NCBI GenBank assembly: GCA_965223905.1 | Contig: CBDCXV010000002.1 | Coordinates: forward strand, 64,001-128,000 | Length of the DNA stretch: 64,000 nt | From: Candidatus Latescibacterota bacterium | Lineage (GTDB): Bacteria; Latescibacterota; UBA2968; UBA8231 | Direction of reading: 5' to 3' | Shown here: in pieces, positions 39,001-47,784 of the stretch | How the letters are laid out: every line of letters begins with the position of its first letter | Position numbering within the stretch: position 1 is the first letter of the stretch | Program-made: the position numbers and the translations under genes | The notes under the pieces: model-generated | Databases searched by the model: none | Seen by the model: the letters and a program-made list of their open reading frames with translations, nothing else | What the model was told of the DNA's origin: nothing

Positions 39001-39621
39001 TATCTGAACGGCTCCTTCGCCCACTTGGCCAGGCGCGGCGATCCAGGGGTGGACGCGGCCAGGGGCATGGTGTCTGCCCTGCTGGCCCGGGCCGGGGTGA
39101 CACGGCTGTTCGCGCTGGAGCCCCCCGAGGCCGCCCGCGCCTACGCCTTCACGCTCGGGGACGTCGTCCTGCTCTCGGTGATTCGCCGCGGGGATCTCAG
39201 CGTGCCGGCCTCCATCCGCCTGAACGCTTCCAGGCACCTGTACGATACCATGAGCGGGCGCTACATCGGACAAAGCCGGGCGATCCAGCTCGCGTCCGAG
39301 GGTCGGGGCTTCGAGCTCTACTGCCTGGCTGAAGACCGTCTTCCGGGCATTGCCCTGGACATCCCGGGCTCGGCATTGCGGGGTGAGATGTTGGGAATCG
39401 AGGCGCGGCTGCCCGGCGGCCGGGACCGCCTCGTGCGCATGGACGTGTACGATCCTGGCGGGAAGTGGCGCCCATACTACCGCCGCTTCGCCTCCATGGC
39501 CGGAGACAGCGCCGGGTTCACGGTGCCGTTCGCTTACAACGACCTGCCGGGGGCATGGACCGTCCGCGTTACGGATGTCGCGTCCGGCAGCTCCGAGGAG
39601 CATCGGGTCGCCCTGGAATGA
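36046..39621 (+). CDS. large secreted GH42/beta-galactosidase-like glycoside hydrolase
   Basis: AGGAGG RBS, signal peptide, YSLGDE, FREFLK.RY..LADLNQVWGT.Y.SF, trimerisation-domain-like LLLLP..YVEQGG. Confidence 0.75.
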   Translation: MNRSRTRLLIAVLAGLGSGLWADEPPPELHDGAYLHEIRTEIETPHVKWLKPGAGPAPKVLFLVHRVWGNSTAMRSRDVVEIWQRMDLEYEAFVFITNESERDRWEYNIAGSSTGEKREEAIRKLKDDYDAIVLIDFVVGWLPEEAQNLLRSKVQAGCGLVLANKSDDFPWPLEAIPDSTGFMEGVPLTQIPAYGGEARAMGEEVPSWEEVAPAVGQAYRFGQGRVARINPGRYGVDPEDETHLEYGCSLYIRALQWVVPGLKPAFAWNDLPEGAVIPRADLPLDGLPLTVHSTLPQSASVRLDMAIRNRFNEVEHESWSEPTLEPGDNALEYALPLLPAGRHFLDLWVRSANGIEQYGSVGLTVSSPVRIDSIVFDSPFHRLGDEHADVSVALTSSLAEAAEVRLTATDTYGRLIADVTAPVAAGAAAVAVRLPLSLTVAMAQWVRAELRRDGQVLDMDQELLIVGRSGPPEYPSILWNGTEGGLHGLRQLRRQRQAGFNLCLSHVDFQGNTARTAALADMQMFIYATHVSSVSDGVEGKATNPEYMRTWKEKVLARTRHTAPYTPYVYSLGDECHAGGAEQPFAPSDVAAFREFLKTRYRDLADLNQVWGTAYASFDEIEPVDWDMAEGAAFHPQKHERASFVEMLYAWMMHEMDAALTRMDPTARVGAEGSRPGDLELTLEGLEVWGPYADRRFDVLLTSLAPRDLVQGMWWGGYHTGSLPRWKRIDRLWTMILEGVCNTNYFFDGLTGHHEGNASPDLSWAGYFERNIPELRTIYEGPGPLLSAAGIHDNGVALLWSQASEHAGGFYDAHWKWIPSGLMPFPPSPDEMKGMFAPLDASGVNYRFITDRQLVRDGLSPGEVKLLLLPMTTAVSRAVAAELESYVEQGGVLLSVGSSGLMDEHCRILERGRLDSLLGLRRAGPAEAAEVGFSGRFDLLGTPLEVEVPGMIADASLRPDGAAAVVSAGEVPLLLVKEVGKGAAVYLNGSFAHLARRGDPGVDAARGMVSALLARAGVTRLFALEPPEAARAYAFTLGDVVLLSVIRRGDLSVPASIRLNASRHLYDTMSGRYIGQSRAIQLASEGRGFELYCLAEDRLPGIALDIPGSALRGEMLGIEARLPGGRDRLVRMDVYDPGGKWRPYYRRFASMAGDSAGFTVPFAYNDLPGAWTVRVTDVASGSSEEHRVALE

Positions 39622-39678
39622 GGTGCGAGCCTGCGCAGCGATCCTGGCGGGCGCGGAAACGGCCCGCCCCTCCTTTTC

Positions 39679-39713
39679 TTGCCTGCATCACCCTCATGCC
39701 TACAATGCAGGCA
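39679..39713 (+). promoter_or_regulatory. leaderless sigma70-type promoter with overlapping operator palindrome
   Basis: TTGCCT-16-TACAAT, 6 nt before the ATG; inverted repeat TGCCTGCAT / ATGCAGGCA. Confidence 0.6.
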
Positions 39714-40074
39714 TGGCCATCCTCAACATCCGCAGACTCAGCGACGACGTGCACGCCCGACTCCGCATCCGCGCCGCCCGGGCCGGCCGCAGCATGGAGG
39801 CCGAGGCCCGGGAAATCCTCGCCCGCGCCTGCGCCGGCGGTTACGACGCACCCGAGGGCGGCAGCCAGGTTCGGGACGCCGCCGGTCCCGGCCTTTCCCT
39901 CCACCTGACTCCCGGGCAGTTGCAGTCTGCGCAGCGCTGCCGCCAAGCGCCGGGGGACGACCCTGGAGGATCTCCTGCGGCAGCTCCTCGAGCGCGAGCT
40001 GGCTGCAGACGATGCAGGCCGGTGGAGACTCCGGAGGGGCCGCCTGGACACGCGACGAGATCCATCGTGTGTAG
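39713..40074 (+). pseudogene. FitA-like RHH antitoxin, frameshifted and apparently a two-part fusion
   Basis: MAILNIRRLSDDVHARLRIRAARAGRSMEAEAREIL; a typical tail (GGAAWTRDEIH) lies in another frame. Confidence 0.65.
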
Positions 40075-40131
40075 TTCCTGCGCGCGCAATTCCGCGTGAA
40101 TTCGGCCGCTGACTTACGCGCGCAGGCACTA
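40072..40131. repeat. 60-bp MITE-like element, copy 2, TA-flanked
   Basis: TAGTTCCTGCGCGCGCAA ... TTACGCGCGCAGGCACTA (16/18 inverted match), between the antitoxin stop and toxin start. Confidence 0.7.
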
Positions 40132-40514
40132 TGACCGGCCTCGTCTTCCTCGATACGAACGTCCTCATCTACACCGCCGACCGGCACGACCCCGTCCGTC
40201 AGCAACGCTGCCGTTCACACCTGAAGGCTTTGAGGGCATCGGGCCGCGCCGTCATCTCCACCCAGGTGCTGCAGGAGTTCTACGTGGTCGCCATTCGCAA
40301 GCTCGGCATCGCACCGCCGAAAGCGCGAGAAATCCTTCAGGCCATCGCCTGTCACCAGGCCGACTGGATCTCTTTCCGGGACGCCCTCATCATCGCCGCC
40401 GCCGGAAGCGCCGGCTGCGCCACTTTGCTCTCCGAGGACCTCAACGCAGGGCAGACCATCCGCGGCGTCCGCATCGAGAGCCCGTCGACCTGGAAAGTCG
40501 ACCCCGCCGCCTAG
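40131..40514 (+). CDS. PIN-domain toxin, apparently internally deleted
   Basis: VFLDTNVLIY, ISTQVLQEF, SFRDALII.AA, LLSEDL; the middle helices look short. Confidence 0.75.
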   Translation: MTGLVFLDTNVLIYTADRHDPVRQQRCRSHLKALRASGRAVISTQVLQEFYVVAIRKLGIAPPKAREILQAIACHQADWISFRDALIIAAAGSAGCATLLSEDLNAGQTIRGVRIESPSTWKVDPAA

Positions 40515-40623
40515 GCTACCGGCCGACCACCTCCCTGCTGCAACCCCCCATACAGAGCGAGGTCGCCTGGAGCCCTGCGCCCGTGGAGACAGCAGCGCAG
40601 GGACCGGATGCCGGCGCCGCCAC

Positions 40624-41634
40624 TCACTCCCGGGCGACGAACTGGATCCAGAGCGGAGCCCCGCCGACGTCGTGGCGCTCGAGCGTCTCGAGGGAGCCGT
40701 CGGACGGATCGATCCGGTACGAGACCAGCCGGTTCGAGTCCTGGCCCGCGGAGTAGAGGTAGCGTCCGCCCGGGGCGATGTCGAAGAACCGCGGCGTCGC
40801 CTCGGTCTCGAAGTTGCCCTTTGCGGTCAGCCTGCCGTCGCCGCCGACCTCGAACAGCGCCAGGGTGTCGTGGCCTCGGTTCGAGGCGTACAGGTGGCGG
40901 CCGTCCCCGGAGATCCGGATCTCGGCCGTGGACTTGCCTTCGAGATCGGTCCCTTCCGGCACCGTCGGGATCAGCTGAAACGGCTCGAGGGTTCCCCTGT
41001 CCGGGTCGAAGCGGAAGGCGGAGACGGTGCTGCCGTTCTCGTTGACGGAGTAGAGGAAATCCCCCTGCGGGTGGAAGACGAAGTGGCGCGGCCCTTCTTC
41101 GCTGTCCGGCCTGGCGACCGGCGGGTCGTTGGGGGTCAGCTCGCCGCTGTCTTCGTCGAAGCGGAACTGGTGGATGGAGTTCGCCGGGTTGGTGTGCGGC
41201 ACGAAGGCGAAGCGGTTGCTGCGGTCGGTCTGGATGCTGTGGGCGTGGGTCTCGGTGTCGAGCCACTGCAGCTGTTCCCCCACGGTTCCGTCGGCCTCGA
41301 TGCGGTGCGACGACACCCCGGCCGCCCCGTAGTAGGCGGCCAGCAGAAAGCGGCCGGTATTGTCGAGGCAGAGGTAGGGCGGGCCTTCGACGAGGGCCGC
41401 CGACCCCGTCCTGGTGAGGGCGCCCGAATCCTTGTCGACCTGGAAGCTGACGACCTCGCTGTTCGGACGCAGGCAGACGTACATCACCGTCTCCGCGGAG
41501 TTGGTCGCCACCGCTCCGGGAGCGCCGCCGAGGTCGATGTCGGACTGGGGGGTGAGCTTTCCCGAGTCCTCGTCCATGATGAAGTGGGACAGGAACTCGC
41601 TTCCAGAGTTCGAGACGTACAGGTGACGGGCCAT
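40624..41634 (-). CDS. 6-phosphogluconolactonase-like lactonase (7-bladed propeller)
   Basis: AHSIQTD, GPRHFVFHP, LYASNRGHD, TPRFFDI. Confidence 0.9.
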   Translation of the reverse strand: MARHLYVSNSGSEFLSHFIMDEDSGKLTPQSDIDLGGAPGAVATNSAETVMYVCLRPNSEVVSFQVDKDSGALTRTGSAALVEGPPYLCLDNTGRFLLAAYYGAAGVSSHRIEADGTVGEQLQWLDTETHAHSIQTDRSNRFAFVPHTNPANSIHQFRFDEDSGELTPNDPPVARPDSEEGPRHFVFHPQGDFLYSVNENGSTVSAFRFDPDRGTLEPFQLIPTVPEGTDLEGKSTAEIRISGDGRHLYASNRGHDTLALFEVGGDGRLTAKGNFETEATPRFFDIAPGGRYLYSAGQDSNRLVSYRIDPSDGSLETLERHDVGGAPLWIQFVARE

Positions 41635-41764
41635 TTCATTGCTCCTTTCGATCGCTTGGGCGGCTCCGCAGAGCCGCAGGTTGGGATTTTCGTTTTATGA
41701 GTCTCGGCGCAGGTTTCTCATCCCCGCAATCCCGCCGCCACAGGCACGGCAGCTCCCGGGGGCG

Positions 41765-43093
41765 TCATTCCTCGATGCGCCGGCTTTCGAGGTAGTAGCG
41801 CTTCTCCTCCGCCTCGCCGAGGGAGAACGACTTCCTCGGCAGGGGGCCGTCGCGGAGGATGGTGCGGAACAGGCTCTGCTTGTCGAGGGCCTCGGTGAAG
41901 AACCCGACGTTGCCGGGCAGGCTGCCGAGCTCCTCCACCCGGTCGCCGCCGTGGATGTAGTCGACGCGGTGCCGGACTCCGGCGCCGCCGAGAAAGCTCT
42001 GCAGGGACGCCACCGCCAGCTGCTGCCGCGGCCGGTGGATGGTGGCGATACCGAGGCGGCGGTTGGCCACGAACGGCAGGTGCTGGGCGCCGCGGTCGAG
42101 CCCGGCGCGCGCCTTCTCCCACTGCTGCCGGTCCGCAAAATCGGTTACCTCGAGATGCGACCCCCGCGAGCGGCAGTGGTCGGAAAGCGACGACAGCAGC
42201 TGGTGCGCGTCCGCCTCGAAGACGACGCGATGGATCGGCTCGAAGCGCAGACCGGGGTCGTGCAGGTTGACCAGCTCCACCAGGGCGTAGCGGGCCGGGT
42301 GATCGGCCGGGGCCCCCTTGCGCCTCGCCTCCCCCCAGACCTCGCGGGCGGCCGCCAGCGAGTGATTGCCGTCGCCGACGGCGTAGAGCAGCGGGGCGGC
42401 TTCCCGGGAAGCGCCGTAGCGGGCGGCAAACCCTTCAGCGATGGCGGAGAGGCCGTCGATAACCCGGGCGATGCGGTCCGGCTCCCCGACGTGCCATCCA
42501 CGCAGATGGCCGCCCCCCATCATCAGCTCGAAGCCGTAGAGCAGGGGCAGCTCGTCCCGGCAGTCGAACAGCGGCTCGACCACGGTGCCCTCCGGGTCGT
42601 CGATCAACACCATGATGTGGGGCAGCTCCAGGGGCGCGCCGCGGCGGATTTCGATCCGGGGAGGCAGCCGCTCCGGATCGGTCGCCTCGGTGCTGCGGAT
42701 CAGGGTTTCGGCCCCCGGGGCGAAGCCGTACTGCTCCAGGTCGAGGCAGACCAGGAGCCCCTTGCGGGAGGGAGTGCGAGGGGTTTCGCGGTCGACGAGG
42801 ACGAACCCGGCCGGCAGCGGCTCGAGAACCCCTTCTTCGAGATATCCGCGAATCCGCCGGTTGATCCGCTCGATCCGCCGATGCCGGCCGGGATCGCCGA
42901 GATGGACCTCGGGAAAAACCGCGTGCAGCGTCGAGGGCTCGTTCCCCGCCAGCTCCTCGACCTGCCGCCAGTACTCCGGGTCGGTGGTATACTGGTCGCA
43001 GGCGATCACCGCCCAGCTCTCGAACGCCACGCCGGGGTGCGGCAGCAGTATCTCCGGAACCTGCAGGGCGACCTGCGGGTAGCCGAGCCTCAT
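41765..43093 (-). CDS. DUF1015-family protein
   Basis: WAVIACDQYT, IRSTEAT..RLPPRI.IR..A.LELPH, YAVGDGNHSLA, LPRKSFSLG. Confidence 0.88.
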   Translation of the reverse strand: MRLGYPQVALQVPEILLPHPGVAFESWAVIACDQYTTDPEYWRQVEELAGNEPSTLHAVFPEVHLGDPGRHRRIERINRRIRGYLEEGVLEPLPAGFVLVDRETPRTPSRKGLLVCLDLEQYGFAPGAETLIRSTEATDPERLPPRIEIRRGAPLELPHIMVLIDDPEGTVVEPLFDCRDELPLLYGFELMMGGGHLRGWHVGEPDRIARVIDGLSAIAEGFAARYGASREAAPLLYAVGDGNHSLAAAREVWGEARRKGAPADHPARYALVELVNLHDPGLRFEPIHRVVFEADAHQLLSSLSDHCRSRGSHLEVTDFADRQQWEKARAGLDRGAQHLPFVANRRLGIATIHRPRQQLAVASLQSFLGGAGVRHRVDYIHGGDRVEELGSLPGNVGFFTEALDKQSLFRTILRDGPLPRKSFSLGEAEEKRYYLESRRIEE

Positions 43094-43094
43094 G

Positions 43095-43925
43095 CTACCA
43101 GTCCATCAGGCTGCGCAGGTATTTCACCGCCTTGGGGACCGCGGTGGCCTCGGCCTCGACGTCCTGTCCTTCGTAGACGACCGAGCACCAGCCGTTGTAG
43201 TCGACCCCTTTCAGAATCTCGAAGATGCGCGGGTAGTCGAGCCACTCCTCGGTTCCCGACTGGATGCGGTAGATCTTGCAGCGCACGTGCACGGCCAGGG
43301 GCGCGGTCTCGGCGATCGAGCCGTAGAAATCGAGGGCGGGATCTTCCCTGCCCCGCTGCCCGGAGGCGCCCGGGGACCCGATGTACTGCCCGGTGTCGAG
43401 GATGTGGGAGAAATACGGGTCGTCCACCTCTTCGATGATGCGCCGCACGTCCTTTCCGGTCCGCGTCACGCAGCCGTGGTTGTGGTTGTGCAGGCCGACG
43501 ACGACCCCCTGGCCGCGGCCGTGGGCGGCGACCTCCTTCAGGCAGGGGATCATCCGCGCCCACGTCGCCTCTTCGCTGTCCCCCTCGGGAATCCAGGCGG
43601 CGAACACCCGCACCAGGGGAATCCCCATGAAGGCGGCGATGTCGATTCAGTGTCTGGCCGCGGCGACCTGGGCGTCGAGCTCCTCCTCGCCGCGGACGCC
43701 GAAATCCGAGCTCACCCCGATGTAGGACAGGGCCAGGCCGTGATCGCCGGCGCGCCGGCGCAGCGCGCGCAGGTAGTCCGGCTCCTCCGAAGCGAAGCCC
43801 CGCGTGTGCAGGTCGACCCCGTCGAGGCGCAACTCCCGCGCCCGGTCGAGGAATTCTTCCAGGTTCAGGGTGCCGGCGGCGAACTCGTCCTTGTAGCTGA
43901 GGGACATGCATCCCAGCTTCAGCAT
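43095..43925 (-). pseudogene. sugar phosphate isomerase/epimerase with an in-frame TGA at 43647-43649
   Basis: Two ORFs in the same frame joined as AAARH*IDIAAFMGIPLVRVF; the position is usually Trp in this family. Confidence 0.8.
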
Positions 43926-44329
43926 GCGCTATCAACTCCTGGTGAATGATGGAGCGGTATGTCGGGAGAGACGGCAAGATAGGCCGCCCCCGTGACGGCT
44001 GCAAAGCGGTTCGTCGCTGGTTTTTGCAATGCCGCGGCGACCCTTTTCAACGGCAGCAGGGGGTGGTGCGAAACCTCCGCCCGCGGCCCTGTACGAGGGC
44101 ATAATACGCACGGGTGACATGGCGATTCGCCGGCGACATCAGATTGCACCTGCCATTGTTTGTCCCTATCGATAGGTCCGCGGCATCACGGATTTCTGCC
44201 GTCTCCGGAATCTCCGGCGAGCCCGCGGCCGCATGTCCGCCGATAATGAGGATCGAGGACATGGAAAACCGGACAACCAGGCAATCACCGGAGCACCGGT
44301 ACGCGCAGGCCAGCCCGCCAAAAGCCTGA

Positions 44330-45163
44330 ATGGAGCAGATGAAACACCCGAAAATCGATGAATCGGCAGATACGGCCCTGAGCGTGGAAGAAATCGAGTC
44401 CTTCCATCGCCAGGGATACCTGGTGCTCCCGGGCCTGATCGAGCCGGAGTACAACGCCCGCCTTATGGCGGAGGTGGACGAACTGGTGCGGCACCGCGAC
44501 GCCGGCGACCACCGCATGCTCGTCTCCTACCGCGAGATGGGCCTGCTGACCTCCCATCCCCCGGCGATGGCCGCGGTCGCCTCCCTGATGGGGGGATCCC
44601 GCTTCGCCATGCACCACATCCACTCGACCCGCTTCGACGGGGCCTCAGGCGTCGGCTGGCACCAGGATTACGAGCAGCACCCGCAGTGCAACCGCTCGCA
44701 CCTGATGGTGCACGTCTTCTACTACCTGAACGGCCTCAACGGAGAGATCGGCGACCTGCTCGTTCTGCCGCAGTCGCAGAACCTCGTGGTGCAGCGGGAC
44801 TTGAGAATCCTTGGAACTGCCGACCTGGAGGGGTCGCTCTGCCTCGACCACCTCGAACCCGGATCCGCGGTCGTCGTCCACTCCGCGGTCTGGCACGCAC
44901 GCCGTCCCAAACCGGGAGGCAGGGAGCGGCCGCGCTACTTCATCGACATCTCCTACTGCCAGAACGGGGTGCGCTGGCCGGCCTACCCGAACGTCGACGG
45001 GATCAACGCCAAGGCGCTGGAAACCGGGCTCGACCGCAACGGGCGCTACACCTTCCTCTACGACAGCTCCCGGTTCTACGACTACGGCGAGGTATCCGAG
45101 CGCTTCGAGGAAGCCAACCAGGGCAGCCTGGCGACGAAGCTGGTCCTTACCGAAACGGAATGA
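44330..45163 (+). CDS. PhyH-family dioxygenase
   Basis: EIESFHRQGYLV, WHQD, LVLPQS, PGSAVVVHSAVWH. Confidence 0.88.
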   Translation: MEQMKHPKIDESADTALSVEEIESFHRQGYLVLPGLIEPEYNARLMAEVDELVRHRDAGDHRMLVSYREMGLLTSHPPAMAAVASLMGGSRFAMHHIHSTRFDGASGVGWHQDYEQHPQCNRSHLMVHVFYYLNGLNGEIGDLLVLPQSQNLVVQRDLRILGTADLEGSLCLDHLEPGSAVVVHSAVWHARRPKPGGRERPRYFIDISYCQNGVRWPAYPNVDGINAKALETGLDRNGRYTFLYDSSRFYDYGEVSERFEEANQGSLATKLVLTETE

Positions 45164-45205
45164 CCGACCGGCAGCGGCAAGACTCCTGAGCCCGCGGCCT
45201 GCCTT

Positions 45206-46054
45206 CTATTCCGCCGGTTCATCCGGTGTCTCGGAGGAATTCCGTCCATCCGGTTCACAGTCGGCATCCCCTTCGTTTCCCGACAGTGTGCGGATGCGCC
45301 CGATGATCGCCTCCACGGTACGGGTCACCTCCGCGAGCAGGGCGGAACTGTCCTCCATGATCACCTCCGCCCCCTGGTACCGGTATCTCACCGCGTACTC
45401 CGTGAGCCACCCCAGGCGCTCGCCCGCGGAGGTGTCGTTCTCCCCCGGATGCCGGCGCACGATCGCCGCCAGCTGCGTCAGATCGTGAGTGTTCCGGTAG
45501 TCCGCGTCGAGCGCGGAGATCCAGCCCTTCAGGGCGTTTTCTATCGCCTGCTGGGCGTGAAAGCCTATGGCTTCCTGGGCGGAATTCGCCTTGACCAGGT
45601 CATCCAGAACCCGGAGCTCCCGCTCGGCATTGGCGACGCGCTGCCGTATGTCGGGCCAGTTGCTCGGGTCGGGATTGTCCCAGGTCACCTTGTCTCCATT
45701 CGCATCGAAGCCGTCGCGGACCGCCTGTCCGGCCACGTGGTTTCGCGCCCGCCGACCGTCGTGGAAGTCGGTCTCGCTCAAGTGCACGAGATCGACCTCG
45801 ACCGGGTCCCCGTACAGCTCCTCGACCTTGCGGTTGGCCGCGGCCCGGGTCCGCACGGACCTCTGCCCGTCCACCGGGCCGGGACCGGTTATGACCAGCA
45901 GGTCGATGTCCGAACCCGGGCTGAAGTCCCCCCGCGCCCGCGAGCCGAACAGGATGACGGTATCCGGGTGCACCGCCTCACCCACGGCCCGGGCGACTGC
46001 GAAGGCCTGCGGGTCTGGCGGCATCCGGTGCGTTTTCATTGGAGACGGTTTCAT
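45206..46054 (-). CDS. fused minimal nucleotidyltransferase (MNT)-HEPN protein
   Basis: ILFGSRARGD..SDIDLLV, then FHAQQAIENALK..THDL..LTEYAVRYRY. Confidence 0.85.
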   Translation of the reverse strand: MKPSPMKTHRMPPDPQAFAVARAVGEAVHPDTVILFGSRARGDFSPGSDIDLLVITGPGPVDGQRSVRTRAAANRKVEELYGDPVEVDLVHLSETDFHDGRRARNHVAGQAVRDGFDANGDKVTWDNPDPSNWPDIRQRVANAERELRVLDDLVKANSAQEAIGFHAQQAIENALKGWISALDADYRNTHDLTQLAAIVRRHPGENDTSAGERLGWLTEYAVRYRYQGAEVIMEDSSALLAEVTRTVEAIIGRIRTLSGNEGDADCEPDGRNSSETPDEPAE

Positions 46055-46189
46055 GGCTGGAACTGCTACCTTCACGCTTCTCAAAAATTGGACCGGGCCC
46101 CTCCTGGTCCGTTACCTGAGCCGAGGCCTGCCGGGAGTATCCGCGTCCCGGGGCATCGGTGGCAGGAGGCCCTGTCTTTCAGCGCGGGA

Positions 46190-47635
46190 TCACTGCGGGT
46201 ACGAGGGCAGCTCCAGCCCCGACAGGTGCTGGACGATGCGGACGACCTGGCCGGCGTACCCGTACTCGTTGTCGTACCAGACGTAGAGGATGCACTGGCT
46301 GCCGGTGACGATGGTCGAGGTGGAGTCGACGATGGCGGTCTTCAGCGAGCCGATGAAGTCGCTGGAGACGACCTCGGGGGAGGTGATGTAGTCGATCTGT
46401 CCCTGGAGCGGAGAGTCGAGGGAGATGCCGCGCAGGTACTGGTTGACCTCGGCGGCGGTGGTGGAGCGGCCCAGGCCGAGGTTGAGGATCGCCAGGGAGA
46501 CGTTCGGGGTGGGCACGCGGATGGCGTTGGCCGTCACCTTTCCCTTCAGGTCCGGCAGCGCCTTGGCGACGGCGCCGGCGGCCCCGGTTTCGGTGATCAC
46601 CATGTTGAGCGGAGCGCCGCGGCCCCGGCGCGTCTTGCTGTGGAAGTTGTCGACCAGGTTCTGGTCGTTGGTGTAGGAGTGGATGGTGTCGATATGGCCC
46701 TGTTCGATGCCGAATCGGTCGGCCATCACCTTGAGCACCGGGACGATGGCGTTGGTGGTGCAGCTTCCCGCCGACAGCAGCCTCTCTTCGGGGCAGATGT
46801 CGCCGCTGTTGACGCCGTAGATGATGTTGGGGATGTCCCCCTTGCCGGGAGCGGTGAGGATCACCTTGTCCACCCCCTTCGCCCGCAGGTGCGTTCCCAG
46901 CCTGTCGCGGTCGCGCCAGACGCCGGAGTTGTCGACGACGATGGCGTTCTCGATGCCGTAGGCGGCGTAGTCCGCCTTGTCCGGCGAGTCGGCGTGAAGG
47001 ATGCGGATGAGGTTGCCGTTGACCACCAGGGCGTTCTCGTCGCGGTCGAGCTGCACCGTTCCCTTGAAAGGTCCGTGGATCGAGTCGCGCCGCAGGAGGC
47101 TGGCCCGCTTCTCCAGGTCCTCCCTGGTGCGCCGCTGCACGACGACGGCCCGCAGCCGCCACTTGTCGCCGCCGCCGCTGCGGTCGATGAGGATGCGCGC
47201 GAGCATGCGCCCGACCCTGCCGAATCCGTAGAGGACCACGTCGCGGGGTTCCGCCTTCAGCAGCTCCCTGCCGGCGTCGAGGCTGCCGAGCTCGGTGCGC
47301 AGAAAGGTCTCGAGGTCCTTGCCCGCGGGCTCGTTCTGGTAGCGCATGGCGAGCTTGCCGATGTCGACGCGGGAGGCGGCCGGCTGCAGCTTCCCGAGGG
47401 CCTCGAGCATCGCCGAGCTCAGCTCGACCGGCAGCTCCCGGTCGAGGAAGTGGCGGGCGAACCGGTGCGCCTTGAGGATGTCGATCGGCGAGCTGCGCAC
47501 CAGGGAGCGGCCGAAGACCGTCACCACGACCCCGTGCTCGCGGTACAGGTTACCGACGACGGGAACCATGCACTCGGCGACCGCTTCCCGTTGAACCCAT
47601 TCCTCGAAGTACGACTCGGCCTGTTGATCCTTCAT
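46190..47635 (-). CDS. gap: glyceraldehyde-3-phosphate dehydrogenase (N-terminally extended type)
   Basis: LYGFGRVGR, SAGSCTTN, HSYTNDQ, TGAAGAV, RVPTPNVS, WYDNEYGY. Confidence 0.95.
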   Translation of the reverse strand: MKDQQAESYFEEWVQREAVAECMVPVVGNLYREHGVVVTVFGRSLVRSSPIDILKAHRFARHFLDRELPVELSSAMLEALGKLQPAASRVDIGKLAMRYQNEPAGKDLETFLRTELGSLDAGRELLKAEPRDVVLYGFGRVGRMLARILIDRSGGGDKWRLRAVVVQRRTREDLEKRASLLRRDSIHGPFKGTVQLDRDENALVVNGNLIRILHADSPDKADYAAYGIENAIVVDNSGVWRDRDRLGTHLRAKGVDKVILTAPGKGDIPNIIYGVNSGDICPEERLLSAGSCTTNAIVPVLKVMADRFGIEQGHIDTIHSYTNDQNLVDNFHSKTRRGRGAPLNMVITETGAAGAVAKALPDLKGKVTANAIRVPTPNVSLAILNLGLGRSTTAAEVNQYLRGISLDSPLQGQIDYITSPEVVSSDFIGSLKTAIVDSTSTIVTGSQCILYVWYDNEYGYAGQVVRIVQHLSGLELPSYPQ

Positions 47636-47784
47636 GATCCGCTGCTCCCGTGCTCCTGTGTCCGCATCCAAGATACCGGCGCTGCTGCCGTCTTCTCGGC
47701 AATGCGGCTGAATCTATATTATGCGTTTTGGCGTTTCGCGGTTGCGATCCCTATCCGAACAACGGACATCCGGGCTACAAATCC

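Noticed and set aside
41708-41718. GAGAAACCTGC shared upstream of the lactonase (minus strand) and at 56640
   Set aside because: Only 11 bp and two occurrences; may be chance, with no matching downstream element
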